A stretch of 40,000 bases of DNA from Enterobacter sp. RHBSTW-00994. Its GTDB lineage: Bacteria > Pseudomonadota > Gammaproteobacteria > Enterobacterales > Enterobacteriaceae. How positions within the stretch are numbered: position 1 is the first letter of the stretch; each line of letters opens with the position of its first letter. Made by a program: the position numbers and the translations under genes. The notes beneath the pieces are model-generated. The model saw only the letters and a program-made list of their open reading frames with translations, did no database searches and was not told where the DNA came from. The stretch spans positions 288,588-328,587 of the forward strand of contig NZ_CP056199.1 of NCBI RefSeq assembly GCF_013782625.1. The letters are read 5' to 3'. Shown here one piece after another: positions 6,845 to 16,423 of this stretch.

Positions 6845-6900
6845 CACTTACCCGCCTCTCTCCCTGTGGGAGAGAGGCGGTGTGAGGGCATCAGGCCGTA
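6845..6900. repeat. REP-like palindromic element (CCTCTCTCCC/GGGAGAGAGG hairpin plus TGAGGGCATCAGGC tail)
   Basis: ccgcctctctccc (6852-6864) pairs with gggagagaggcgg (6868-6880) and is followed by tgtgagggcatcaggc. The same family recurs at 14845, 35355 and 39515. Confidence 0.75.
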
Positions 6901-7057
6901 CCTGCATGTCGCTCAGCACTCTGTGATCTTCTTCTTTTTATTCAGATTCATAAGTAAAAACTCCTTTCATTCGACTCCCCCAGAGGTTATGGTCGGATAG
7001 TTTTTTGACCATTTGCTCAAAATAAAACGATAACAAACTGAATATTCAGGGGAAAAT

Positions 7058-7771
7058 ATGCGCAAGATCACACTGGCGCTCAGCGCCGCCTGCTTATTGT
7101 TCTCGCTTAATAGTGCAGTCGTTGCGCGCGCCTCCGCACCGACGCCGCTTTACACCGGAACCACCGCCGCCATTCTTGCCGAACAAGCCCCCATTCACTG
7201 GGTTTCCGTGGCTCAAATTGAAAATAGCCTGATGGGGCGTCCACCCATGGCGGTCGGTTTTGATATCGACGATACGGTCTTGTTTTCCAGCCCTGGCTTC
7301 TGGCGTGGTAAAAAAACCTACTCACCTGACAGCGAAGCTTATCTGAAGAACCCGGAGTTCTGGGAAAAGATGAACAACGGCTGGGATGAGTTCAGTATCC
7401 CGAAAGAGGTGGCCCGCTCACTGATTGCCATGCACGTGAAACGTGGTGACAGCATCTATTTTGTTACGGGACGTAGCCAGACCAAAACTGAAACGGTTTC
7501 CAAAACGTTGCAGGATGATTTTCTGATCCCGGCAGTCAACATGAATCCGGTAATTTTTGCCGGTGATAAAGCCGGGCAAAATACCAAGACGCAGTGGCTG
7601 GAACAGAAAAATATCAAAGTATTCTACGGTGATTCTGATAACGACATCACGGCAGCCCGCGATATTGGGGCCAGAGGTATTCGGGTATTACGCGCCTCTA
7701 ACTCGACCTATCGACCATTGCCGATGGCAGGTGCGTTTGGTGAAGAGGTGATCGTTAATTCGGAATACTAG
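7058..7771 (+). CDS. aphA: class B acid phosphatase / phosphotransferase
   Basis: The protein has a signal peptide. It also carries the DDDD-family motifs [12 protein letters not shown] and YGDSDNDI. The length is 237 aa and the position is syntenic. Confidence 0.92.
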   Translation: MRKITLALSAACLLFSLNSAVVARASAPTPLYTGTTAAILAEQAPIHWVSVAQIENSLMGRPPMAVGFDIDDTVLFSSPGFWRGKKTYSPDSEAYLKNPEFWEKMNNGWDEFSIPKEVARSLIAMHVKRGDSIYFVTGRSQTKTETVSKTLQDDFLIPAVNMNPVIFAGDKAGQNTKTQWLEQKNIKVFYGDSDNDITAARDIGARGIRVLRASNSTYRPLPMAGAFGEEVIVNSEY

Positions 7772-7886
7772 GCGTGCTGTTTTTTTGAACAAATCTGGTC
7801 TGCCGGGTTTACCTTTTGTCGTCTTGCTGCACACTTAAAAGGGCAGATACTCAGGTCGCGTTCAACCCATTTACAGGGGAGCAAAG

Positions 7887-8240
7887 ATGACAATTTCGGA
7901 GATACTTCAATACTGCATGAACAAACCCGGCGCTGAACAAAGCGTCCACAGTGACTGGAAAGCTACGCAGATAAAGGTCGGGGATGTTCTTTTTGCAATG
8001 GTGAAAGAGGTTGAAGGCCGCCCGGCGGCATCACTGAAAACCAGCCCGCATCTGGCAGAGTTGCTGCGCCAGCAGCATCATGATGTCAGGCCGAGTAAAC
8101 ATCTGAATAAGTTGCACTGGAGTACCGTCTATCTTGATGGTTCTCTGCCAGGATCACAGATTTACTATCTGGTGGATGCGTCATATCAGCAGGCCGTTGA
8201 GTTGCTGCCGGAAACGACCCGACAGCAACTCTCGGTGTGA
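7887..8240 (+). CDS. yjbR: MmcQ/YjbR family protein
   Basis: The 117-aa protein (MTISEILQYCMNKPGAE...HLNKLHWSTVYLDGSLP) matches YjbR as remembered. It converges on uvrA, with 3 nt between the stop codons. Confidence 0.85.
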   Translation: MTISEILQYCMNKPGAEQSVHSDWKATQIKVGDVLFAMVKEVEGRPAASLKTSPHLAELLRQQHHDVRPSKHLNKLHWSTVYLDGSLPGSQIYYLVDASYQQAVELLPETTRQQLSV

Positions 8241-8243
8241 CAA

Positions 8244-11066
8244 TTACAGCAATGGTTTGAGGAAGCGCGCGGTGTGCGAGGCTTCGCACTCAGCGACTGT
8301 TTCTGGTGTACCCGAAACGAGGATTTCACCGCCGCCGCTGCCGCCTTCCGGACCGAGATCGACAATCCAGTCTGCGGTTTTAATCACATCCAGGTTGTGC
8401 TCAATCACCACAATGGTGTTGCCCTGATCGCGCAACTGATGCAGGACGTCGAGCAACTGCTGGATATCCGCAAAGTGCAGGCCTGTTGTTGGTTCATCAA
8501 GGATGTAGAGCGTCTGGCCTGTGCCACGCTTGGACAGCTCACGCGCCAGCTTCACGCGCTGGGCTTCACCACCCGAAAGCGTCGTTGCTGACTGACCAAG
8601 ACGGATATAGGTCAGGCCCACGTCCATCAACGTTTGCAGCTTGCGCGCCAGTGCCGGAACGGCATCAAAGAACTCACGTGCTTCTTCAATGGTCATATCC
8701 AGCACTTCGTGGATGGTCTTGCCTTTGTATTTGATCTCCAGTGTTTCGCGGTTATAGCGTTTGCCTTTGCACTGGTCACACGGTACGTAAATATCCGGCA
8801 GGAAGTGCATTTCCACTTTGATCACTCCGTCTCCCTGACAGGCTTCGCAGCGTCCGCCACGCACGTTAAAGCTGAAACGTCCTGGTGTATACCCGCGCGA
8901 ACGGGCTTCCGGTACGCCTGCGAAGAGTTCACGTACAGGTGTGAACACGCCGGTATAGGTTGCCGGGTTAGAGCGTGGGGTTCGGCCAATCGGACTTTGG
9001 TCAATGTCGATAACTTTATCGAAATGTTCCAGGCCCTGAATATCGCGATACGGCGCTGGTTCTGCGAGTGTCGCCCCGTTTAACTGCGTTTGCGCAATCG
9101 GGAACAGTGTGTCGTTGATAAGGGTGGATTTCCCTGAACCTGAGACGCCCGTGATGCAGGTGAACAAACCAACAGGCAGCGTCAGGGTGACATCTTTCAG
9201 GTTGTTGCCTCGCGCCCCGGTGAGTTTAAGCACTTTTTCCGGGTTAGCCGCGACACGCTGTTTGGGGACTTCAATTTTGCGTTTGCCACTCATGTACTGA
9301 CCCGTGAGCGACTCAGGTACAGCCATAATGGCATCCAGCGTACCTTCTGCCACAACCTGGCCTCCATGCACACCTGCGCCAGGGCCGATATCGATCACAT
9401 GATCGGCTGCGCGAATCGCATCTTCGTCATGCTCAACCACAATCACCGTGTTGCCGAGATTGCGTAGGTGGATAAGCGTACCGAGCAGACGTTCGTTGTC
9501 GCGCTGATGCAACCCAATAGACGGCTCATCCAATACGTACATCACACCGACCAGGCCAGCGCCAATCTGGCTTGCCAGACGGATACGCTGTGCTTCACCA
9601 CCGGACAGCGTCTCTGCTGAGCGAGAAAGTGACAGATAGTTCAGGCCAACGTTCACCAGGAACTTCAGGCGATCGCCGATCTCTTTCAGCACTTTTTCCG
9701 CGATTTGTGCGCGTTGGCCGGAAAGTTTCAGGTTGTTGAAGAAGTCCATCGCATGACCAATGCTCATATCCGAGATGGTCGGTAGCGCGGTATTTTCAAC
9801 AAAGACGTGGCGCGCTTCACGGCGCAGACGGGTTCCGTCGCAGGTGGTGCAGGAACGGTTGCTGATAAACTTCGCCAGCTCTTCACGTACCGCGCTGGAT
9901 TCTGTTTCTTTATAGCGGCGTTCCATATTGTGCAGTACGCCTTCGAACGGATGGCGACGCACCGAGGTATCACCACGATCGTTCATATACTTGAATTCGA
10001 TGTTCTCTTTGCCGGAACCGGAGAGGATCACTTTATGAACTGCCGGACTCAGGCTGGCCCACGGCGCTTCGACATCGAATTTGTAGTGTTCTGCCAGCGA
10101 CTTCAGCATCTGGAAATAGTAGAAGTTACGGCGATCCCAGCCGCGGATCGCGCCGCCAGCCAGTGATAATTCCGGGTTCTGAATCACCCGATCCGGGTCG
10201 AAGTATTGCTGCACGCCCAGGCCGTCACAGGTTGGACATGCCCCTGCCGGGTTGTTGAACGAGAACAGACGTGGTTCCAGTTCGCGCATACTGTAGCCGC
10301 ATATTGGGCAGGCAAAGTTGGCGGAGAAGAGTAATTCTTCGGCTTTCGGATCGTCCATATCGGCAACAATGGCCGAGCCACCCGAAAGTTCAAGCGCCGT
10401 TTCAAAGGATTCTGCCAGACGTGTCGCCATGTCTTCGCGTACTTTGAAACGGTCAATAACCACTTCGATGGTATGTTTCTTTTGCAGCTCGAGTTTTGGC
10501 GGATCGGATAAGTCACACACTTCACCGTCGATACGGGCGCGGATATAGCCCTGGCTTGCCAGGTTTTCCAGCGTTTTGGTGTGCTCGCCTTTACGTTCTT
10601 TAATGATAGGGGCGAGCAGCATCAGGCGTTTACCTTCCGGCTGTGCCAGAACGTTATCCACCATCTGGCTTACGGTCTGCGCAGCCAGAGGAACGTCATG
10701 ATCCGGACAACGCGGCTCACCCACACGGGCGAACAGCAGACGCAGGTAGTCGTGAATTTCAGTGATCGTCCCCACGGTGGAACGCGGGTTGTGTGACGTG
10801 GATTTCTGCTCAATGGAGATAGCAGGCGATAACCCTTCAATGTGGTCAACGTCCGGTTTTTCCATCAGTGACAGGAACTGACGTGCATACGCAGAGAGCG
10901 ATTCAACGTAACGACGCTGTCCTTCGGCATACAAGGTGTCGAAAGCCAGTGAGGATTTGCCAGACCCCGAAAGCCCGGTCACGACGATGAGTTTGTCGCG
11001 AGGGATTATGAGGTTGATATTCTTGAGATTGTGGGTGCGGGCGCCCCGAACTTCGATCTTATCCAT
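8244..11066 (-). CDS. uvrA: excinuclease ABC subunit A
   Basis: The 940-aa protein begins [17 protein letters not shown]. It has two ABC modules ([14 protein letters not shown] and [10 protein letters not shown], each with LSGGEAQR signatures) and Cys4 zinc modules. Confidence 0.98.
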   Translation of the reverse strand: MDKIEVRGARTHNLKNINLIIPRDKLIVVTGLSGSGKSSLAFDTLYAEGQRRYVESLSAYARQFLSLMEKPDVDHIEGLSPAISIEQKSTSHNPRSTVGTITEIHDYLRLLFARVGEPRCPDHDVPLAAQTVSQMVDNVLAQPEGKRLMLLAPIIKERKGEHTKTLENLASQGYIRARIDGEVCDLSDPPKLELQKKHTIEVVIDRFKVREDMATRLAESFETALELSGGSAIVADMDDPKAEELLFSANFACPICGYSMRELEPRLFSFNNPAGACPTCDGLGVQQYFDPDRVIQNPELSLAGGAIRGWDRRNFYYFQMLKSLAEHYKFDVEAPWASLSPAVHKVILSGSGKENIEFKYMNDRGDTSVRRHPFEGVLHNMERRYKETESSAVREELAKFISNRSCTTCDGTRLRREARHVFVENTALPTISDMSIGHAMDFFNNLKLSGQRAQIAEKVLKEIGDRLKFLVNVGLNYLSLSRSAETLSGGEAQRIRLASQIGAGLVGVMYVLDEPSIGLHQRDNERLLGTLIHLRNLGNTVIVVEHDEDAIRAADHVIDIGPGAGVHGGQVVAEGTLDAIMAVPESLTGQYMSGKRKIEVPKQRVAANPEKVLKLTGARGNNLKDVTLTLPVGLFTCITGVSGSGKSTLINDTLFPIAQTQLNGATLAEPAPYRDIQGLEHFDKVIDIDQSPIGRTPRSNPATYTGVFTPVRELFAGVPEARSRGYTPGRFSFNVRGGRCEACQGDGVIKVEMHFLPDIYVPCDQCKGKRYNRETLEIKYKGKTIHEVLDMTIEEAREFFDAVPALARKLQTLMDVGLTYIRLGQSATTLSGGEAQRVKLARELSKRGTGQTLYILDEPTTGLHFADIQQLLDVLHQLRDQGNTIVVIEHNLDVIKTADWIVDLGPEGGSGGGEILVSGTPETVAECEASHTARFLKPLL

Positions 11067-11151
11067 TCACCTTTCCCGGTAGGAACACTGTTTGCCTGGT
11101 CTGTTTGAAGGACAACCGGCTGTCAGAAACGGCTAATTATGACACAATTCG

Positions 11152-11171
11152 ACCTGTTTGAATATACAGTA
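11152..11171. promoter_or_regulatory. LexA (SOS) box in the uvrA-ssb divergent region
   Basis: acCTGTttgaatatACAGta fits CTGT-N8-ACAG exactly (core 11154-11169). It lies in the known uvrA/ssb control region. Confidence 0.8.
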
Positions 11172-11317
11172 TTGGAATGCAAATTCAGATCGACTGTGCA
11201 ACAATGATCTGTCCACGCGAGAACTCTGGAAGATGCGTCGAAACTATCAAAAGGCCGCATGGAAATGGTACACTCGCGCGTTTACACTATTAAGAAACGT
11301 ATTCAGGAGACACGAAC

Positions 11318-11842
11318 ATGGCCAGCAGAGGCGTAAACAAGGTGATTCTCGTCGGTAATCTGGGCCAGGACCCGGAAGTACGCTACATGCCGAGTGGTGG
11401 CGCAGTTGCCAACATTACGCTGGCTACTTCCGAATCCTGGCGTGATAAAGCGACCGGTGAGATGAAAGAGCAGACTGAATGGCATCGCGTTGTGCTGTTC
11501 GGCAAACTGGCCGAAGTGGCTGGTGAGTATCTGCGTAAAGGTTCTCAGGTTTATATCGAAGGCCAGTTGCGTACCCGCAAATGGACCGATCAATCCGGTG
11601 CTGAGAAATACACCACGGAAGTGGTTGTGAACGTTGGCGGAACCATGCAGATGCTGGGTGGCCGTCAGGGTGGTGGTGCTCCGGCAGCGGGTGGCCAGCA
11701 GCAGGGCGGTTGGGGTCAACCTCAGCAGCCACAGGGCGGCAACCAGTTCAGCGGTGGCGCGCAGTCTCGCCCACAGCAGCAGTCTGCTCCGGCGCCGTCT
11801 AACGAGCCGCCAATGGACTTCGATGACGACATTCCGTTCTAA
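11318..11842 (+). CDS. ssb: single-stranded DNA-binding protein
   Basis: The protein begins [39 protein letters not shown]. It has a Gly/Gln/Pro-rich linker and the acidic tip MDFDDDIPF. Confidence 0.98.
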   Translation: MASRGVNKVILVGNLGQDPEVRYMPSGGAVANITLATSESWRDKATGEMKEQTEWHRVVLFGKLAEVAGEYLRKGSQVYIEGQLRTRKWTDQSGAEKYTTEVVVNVGGTMQMLGGRQGGGAPAAGGQQQGGWGQPQQPQGGNQFSGGAQSRPQQQSAPAPSNEPPMDFDDDIPF

Positions 11843-11876
11843 GGTTTGTTGCTGCATAAAAAAAGCCCCGTCAGGG

Positions 11877-12473
11877 CTGAGGGATCCCCAGAAACATCAT
11901 CAATACACCATGATGATGTTTCGATAGGCCCTTGCCATATCTGCATATACCCTGTCGGGGTTCATCCCCGACAGGAGTCCCGGTGACTGCCGGATGACAT
12001 TTTCACTCAATGTCAGATACGACAGCACCCTGCGTGATTTCTCACTGTTCGCCTGGAACCATCGATTTATTCCCTTACTTTCAAGGTAATATCCCGTCAG
12101 CCATAGGATGATGCTGTAGAGAACTGCAACCAGGCAAAGCACGGATAGTCTTTTTTCTCCCCGACTTTTACTTGCCCGCACTCCCAGCCCATAGCGCTCG
12201 CTTTTTTCATCTCTGATAATCTTGTGCTTAACACGTGCGGGGCTTGGCAGGTATCTGCCGATGCTGGTAAGAGAAAGCGAAGCACCACGTGTCAGGGCCA
12301 CGGTCATATCGAGCAGGGCGTTTTTACGGTACTGATGAATGGAGTTCAGGGACTGGCTGAAAAATTTATGGCAAACTTGTGAAGCAGGCATAGAGGAGTG
12401 ACCTTACTTTTTGGTGGAACACTAAGTAGATCACAACCTTCTATGCCTGTCTTTATTTATGGGGAGCCGTCAG
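11877..12473 (-). mobile_element. internally deleted IS10-like (IS4 family) element, about 0.6 kb
   Basis: The termini are CTGAGGGATCCCC (11877-) and the reverse complement CTGACGGCTCCCC (-12473). They resemble the IS10 ends CTGAGAGATCCCC and CTGATGAATCCCC as I remember them. The internal ORF fuses transposase N- and C-terminal segments. Confidence 0.7.
11900..12391 (-). pseudogene. IS10-like transposase remnant lacking the DDE core
   Basis: LTSIGRYLPSPARVKHKIIR matches IS10 Tnp LTELGRNLPTKARTKHNIKR (N-terminus). It is joined directly to YGLGVRASKSRGEKRLSVLCLVAVLYSIILWLTG...WFQANSEKSRRVLS, which matches YGLGLRHSRTSSSERFDIMLLIAALLQLTCWLAG...HFQANTVRNRNVLS (C-terminus). The ORF is 163 aa against about 400 aa for the intact enzyme. 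Confidence 0.7.
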
Positions 12474-12533
12474 CCCTGACGGGGCTTTTTTGTTATCACC
12501 ACCTCCAGGGGAGGTGGTGATGGATTTTGGGGT

Positions 12534-13306
12534 CTATACCGCGTGTTTATTCAAAAACACGATAAAATCATTAAACGAGAGCGGTCTGGAGAAAAAGTAC
12601 CCCTGCAAACAATCAATCTGGTTGTTTTTGAGATAGTCGACCTGATAGTCATATTCGACGCCCTCAGCCGTTGTGAGGATGTTCATTCTTTTCGCCATAT
12701 CTATCACGCAGTCAATTAACGGCGTTGCGACGTCTTGCGAGATTTGCCGGATAAACATTCTGTCTATTTTGATGCTGTCAGGCCTGAGGTTAGCGATAAA
12801 GGCCAGATTCGAAAAAACCGTACCAAAATCATCCAGCGCGATCAGGGTCCCGCTGTTTTTGATATGGGTAATTTTTCTGGCGATGGCATCAGACAGATCG
12901 ATGTTTTCGCGTTCGGTAATTTCAAAGACCAGGGTGATTCCCTGCGCCGCAAAAACAGGGGCCCTGGTATCAATAAACGTATCAAAGGAACCGTCGGCTA
13001 AGTGGGCGTAGCTAATATTGAGATTCAGGTTGAAGCCAGGCTCAAGTGCTATTACGCCACGACGGATATCGTTGACGACTTGCACCAGCAGGCTTTCCGT
13101 CAGATTGATAACTAACCCCGTACTTTCCGCCACTGGAAAAAAACATCCGGCGGGATAAAACCCAGCTCTTCATGATTCCAGCGGGCGAGGAGCTCTGCCC
13201 CGGAAATGGTGTTGTTACGGGCGGAAATCAGCGGTTGATAGTATGGGTGGATCTGATGGTGCTTAATCGCATTAGCCAGCTTTCCGACCACTTTTGGCAG
13301 GACCAT
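12534..13306 (-). pseudogene. EAL-domain (c-di-GMP phosphodiesterase) gene remnant, N-terminally truncated and frameshifted
   Basis: The upstream piece reads ...KLANAIKHHQIHPYYQPLISARNNTISGAELLARWNHEELGFIPPDVF (frame of ORF 13112-13690). The downstream piece reads AESTGLVINLTESLL...IALDDFGT...EGVE...QGYFFSRP (ORF 12534-13133). The two join only if the A7 run at 13137-13143 is read as A8. No sensor or TM region remains upstream. Confidence 0.75.
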
Positions 13307-13390
13307 TACCTTGGTGCTCGCCGGATACTGACAGATGAGGTCGTGCTCTGATGCGCGGTCCGTTAATTTAAGATGGATAGAGACATTTCC

Positions 13391-14301
13391 ATGGCCCAGA
13401 CACGCCTGAAATTTGCCATTGATGATGGTTCGACAAACGTAAAAATTAGCTGGATTGAGAACGGCATCCTGAAAACCGTGGTCTCCCCGAACTCTTTTCG
13501 CAAAGACTGGAAGAGTGCGGCATTGCTGCGCGGTCAGGCGGTGTACAACTACACCATCGGTACGACCAAATATACCTATGACGCGACCTCGGATAAGGCG
13601 CTGTCGACTACGCACATTGAATACCAGTATGGCGATCTGAACCTGCTGGCCGTCCATCACGCACTGCTGCAAACCGGCGTTGTTCCGCATTGTTGACGTT
13701 CAGGTGATGCCGGAGAGTCTGCCTGCTGCCCTGTCACATTTGGTGAATTCCAGCGTGAACGAATTCACCAAATCACTGGTGGTTGATTGCGGCGGCACAA
13801 CCCTGGACATGGGCGTGATTGTTGGCGAGTTTGATGATGTGTCGGCTATTTACGGCAACAATGAAATTGGTGTGGCGATGGTGACCGATGCTACCTGCAA
13901 GCTGCTGGCGGCGGCGGGTAGCGATTCCAGGTTATCTGGTGGCGAATGAACTGATTAAACGCCGCCACGATCCCGACTTTGTGAAGAGCGTGGTTAATGA
14001 CGAGTCGCGGATCGATGAGATCCGCGAAAAGATTGAGATCAAAATCCAGTAGCTGGGCGCTCAGGTGGCCTATGAGGCGAAGACGTTCGCCAAGAACCCA
14101 AACCGTGTTTATCTGGTCGGCGGCGGGGCGCATCTGATTGAAGAGGCGATGCGCCAGGCATATGCCACGCTGGATGAACGAGTCATCAGCATCGATAACC
14201 CGCAACGTGCGCTGTCACGTGAGATCTGCCTCTATCACTCTGACGCTGGTGCGCAGGCGATCGATGAACCCCTGATGGCTGAGGTGGGTGAGGATGCGTA
14301 A
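13391..14301 (+). pseudogene. parM: plasmid-type actin-like segregation ATPase ParM/StbA, decayed
   Basis: KFAIDDGSTNVKISW...SPNSF...HIEYQYGDLNLLAVHHALLQTG matches R1 ParM FIDDGSTNIKLQW...SPNSF...[22 protein letters not shown]. About 60 codons are missing, with a frame change near 13690. The text DVQVMPESLPA...VVDCGGTTLDM resumes after it. There is a second frameshift near 13925 and an in-frame TAG at 14050-14052. The reading uses three frames. Confidence 0.8.
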
Positions 14302-14773
14302 GGGAGGGATCCGCCGCGTCAATCTGTCCCTGCACCTGACACCGGAAAAATCGCGCGCAGACCTGCGCGCGATGCAGCAGTTGCAACGCTGGCATCAGTC
14401 GATGAACCAGTCGGACAGCATTGATGACTCCAATATGGAGATTCGCGCGTTTCACCGTAACGTCTATCTGGCAGGATTGCAGTTGCATCTGATGGACCCG
14501 GCGTTGTGCCGCCATGTGGCGGAATCTCTGGGGCGAGAACATCTTACGCCGGCAGAACTGCTCAGTGAATTGCAGCCACAAGAGGTGCTGGCCGATCGAT
14601 CCGATACGGCTTCAGAGCACCTCTCGCAACTGCACAAAATCCGTGAAGAGGTCGCGGCGTTAAAACCGTTGCTGGAGCAGCAAAAGCTTGCATTGCAACC
14701 ACTCAGACTGGCCGGAAAACCGCAAGCGTGCCAGAGCCGGAACGCACTAGCGGCAAAGAAGAGATTGATTTGA
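14294..14773 (+). CDS. ParR/StbB-like partition adaptor (possibly also decayed at its 3' end)
   Basis: The gene overlaps the parM stop and has GAGG upstream of the ATG at 14294. RRVNLSLHLTPE...R..YLAGLQLHLMDPAL follows the R1 ParR pattern (RRTIAFKLNP...RAALTAGLALYRQDP) as remembered. The similarity is weak. Confidence 0.45.
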   Translation: MRKGGIRRVNLSLHLTPEKSRADLRAMQQLQRWHQSMNQSDSIDDSNMEIRAFHRNVYLAGLQLHLMDPALCRHVAESLGREHLTPAELLSELQPQEVLADRSDTASEHLSQLHKIREEVAALKPLLEQQKLALQPLRLAGKPQACQSRNALAAKKRLI

Positions 14774-14844
14774 GCACTGTCGATGCCCCCACCCAGAAAA
14801 TGCAGAAGGTGAGGCAGAAAGGGATTTTCTGACGGAGGATGTTT

Positions 14845-14871
14845 TCCCCTCTCACGCTACCGGAGAGGGGA
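14845..14871. repeat. REP-like hairpin
   Basis: cccctctc (14846-14853) pairs with gagagggg (14863-14870). The G/C-A/T pattern is the same as in the other CCCTCTCC/GGAGAGGG elements. Confidence 0.55.
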
Positions 14872-14898
14872 GTGTGCCGATCTTCCCCGAATCACATA

Positions 14899-16104
14899 TC
14901 AATACTTACGGATGCGTAAGGTCAATTTTCCGGTAATAAATCGCTTAAGGTTGCGCAAGGTCATCAATCTTAGCAACGTTCTGCAGGACATTTTTTTATT
15001 ACGAATAACATAAAAGGTGAAGAGCTGATATTTGCGGCTGGAGATATCCAAACTGGCCTGATGTTTTCTGTAAAAGTTGAAGTAGCCTGAGAATTTTTTC
15101 CCGGACTGGGTGATCCGGCCTTCGCCGTGGTCAACGTAAAGTACCTGCGTGGCGAGATTAATTTTGTAGGGCCGCCCATACTCCTGCTGTAGACGGTAAA
15201 AGGCGTCATAGTCCTGTGCGGCTGTTAACGTCTCATCAAAAAGAACAGGCTTTAACCTGTCAGTACAAGTAAAAATCTGGTTGCCGATGATATTTCTTTT
15301 TTGGAAAAGCGACCCTGAAAAAGCAGGTTTAGGATAGAGGCGAAGGTCATTAAGACTCGAATACGATTCCCCTTCGCAGATAAAATCATCGGCATAAAGA
15401 AAAGAGAATCCAGCCAGTAAATAGTGATATTTCATAAATGTGGTCAGTCTGTTAGGTAGCCACTCATCGTCATCATCGATTCCGGCAATATATTTACCTT
15501 TGGCTTGCTCAATCGCCTGGTTTCGTACACTACAAGCACCTGATTTGAAATCGTTATAGATGTAGTGAATACGAGGGTCTGCCGTTGCGTTGATAAATGC
15601 CTGTAGTTGGCTATTCTCAGGTGAGTTGTCATCAACAATTATTAGCTCCCAAAATGGATAGGTCTGCTCCAGTACGGACTGGATGGCGCGCATAGCCATC
15701 TTTTCTCTGTTCCAGGTTGGCATATAAATAGAGACCATCAGGCTGGACTGAGTGGCCTGGCTTGGCATTTCCAGGCTGAACGTATTGGTAAATTCAGCGG
15801 TATGAACGTCACTGCCCGACAAACTGAGTCCTGTCACATCCACATTCTGAAACTGGCAATCTGAAAGATCGCAAAAGTTGAGATTCACCGAGTTCAGGGA
15901 ACTTGATACAAACTGGCAACCTACCAGTTTACTGTGTGAAAGGTCGGTTCCAGTAAGGTCAACAAATTCAAAGCGTACTGATCTGAGGTTAGAAAAACGA
16001 AGATCCGCTCCCTGTAAATCAAGGTGACTGACAGTCCCTTTTTTTATTGCACTCTGATGCTTATTTAATCTTTTTAATAAATTATCTTTCTTGCGAGGTA
16101 GCAT
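14899..16104 (-). CDS. family-2 glycosyltransferase (WcaA-like) with an N-terminal pentapeptide-repeat domain
   Basis: Residues ~25-105 form a run of pentapeptide repeats (HLDLQGADLRFSNLRSVRFEFVDLTGTDLSHSKLVGCQFVSSSLNSVNLNFCDLSDCQFQNVDVTGLSLSGSDV). The rest is GT2: SIYMPTWNRE...ELIIVDDNS...GIDDDDEW (DxD). From memory it tracks E. coli WcaA along its whole length. Confidence 0.75.
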   Translation of the reverse strand: MLPRKKDNLLKRLNKHQSAIKKGTVSHLDLQGADLRFSNLRSVRFEFVDLTGTDLSHSKLVGCQFVSSSLNSVNLNFCDLSDCQFQNVDVTGLSLSGSDVHTAEFTNTFSLEMPSQATQSSLMVSIYMPTWNREKMAMRAIQSVLEQTYPFWELIIVDDNSPENSQLQAFINATADPRIHYIYNDFKSGACSVRNQAIEQAKGKYIAGIDDDDEWLPNRLTTFMKYHYLLAGFSFLYADDFICEGESYSSLNDLRLYPKPAFSGSLFQKRNIIGNQIFTCTDRLKPVLFDETLTAAQDYDAFYRLQQEYGRPYKINLATQVLYVDHGEGRITQSGKKFSGYFNFYRKHQASLDISSRKYQLFTFYVIRNKKMSCRTLLRLMTLRNLKRFITGKLTLRIRKY

Positions 16105-16163
16105 ATATAAATTGCCTGAATAAATAAGAGGGGGATGTATATTGTCTTTTTTAATGTATAAAT

Positions 16164-16181
16164 ATTACGGTGTTTTTTGTG
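16164..16181. repeat. direct repeat copy 1 in the divergent promoter region
   Basis: attacggtgttttttgtg. The second copy lies 201 bp downstream. Confidence 0.6.
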
Positions 16182-16364
16182 GTTGTGATTTATTATTGCC
16201 TGATAACCTTTCTAAGGTAAAGCCGTTTAGACACAATTCGCATCACATTGTTGTGAATATCAGTACGTTGAATGCTGATGGTGATGATGTGGTTTTAAGA
16301 TGTTGTTTATTTGAAAAATAAGCCATTGCTTAATATGTCAGTTGAATCTTATGGCTGATGATTA

Positions 16365-16383
16365 ATTACGGGTGTTTTTTGTG
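16365..16383. repeat. direct repeat copy 2 in the divergent promoter region
   Basis: attacgggtgttttttgtg. It is identical to copy 1 except for one extra G. Confidence 0.6.
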
Positions 16384-16423
16384 TTTTCTATTTGGAAAAT
16401 ATAATCCTTTTTATTGACTGTTA

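Noticed and set aside
8274-10796. Series of plus-strand ORFs (63-149 aa) inside the uvrA region.
   Set aside because: All lie antisense to, or out of frame with, a 940-aa uvrA reading that has unmistakable ABC and zinc motifs. They show no start context and have Arg/Ala-rich antisense-type composition.
11303-11857. 184-aa and 102-aa minus-strand ORFs, and a 97-aa plus-strand ORF, overlapping ssb.
   Set aside because: They mirror the Gly/Gln/Pro-rich repetitive linker of ssb, where low-complexity sequence keeps other frames open. ssb itself is certain.
13112-13690. 192-aa minus-strand ORF that looks like an intact gene.
   Set aside because: It is chimeric. Only the last ~60 codons are real EAL-domain sequence. 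The rest is the antisense of the parM remnant and has no protein-like features.
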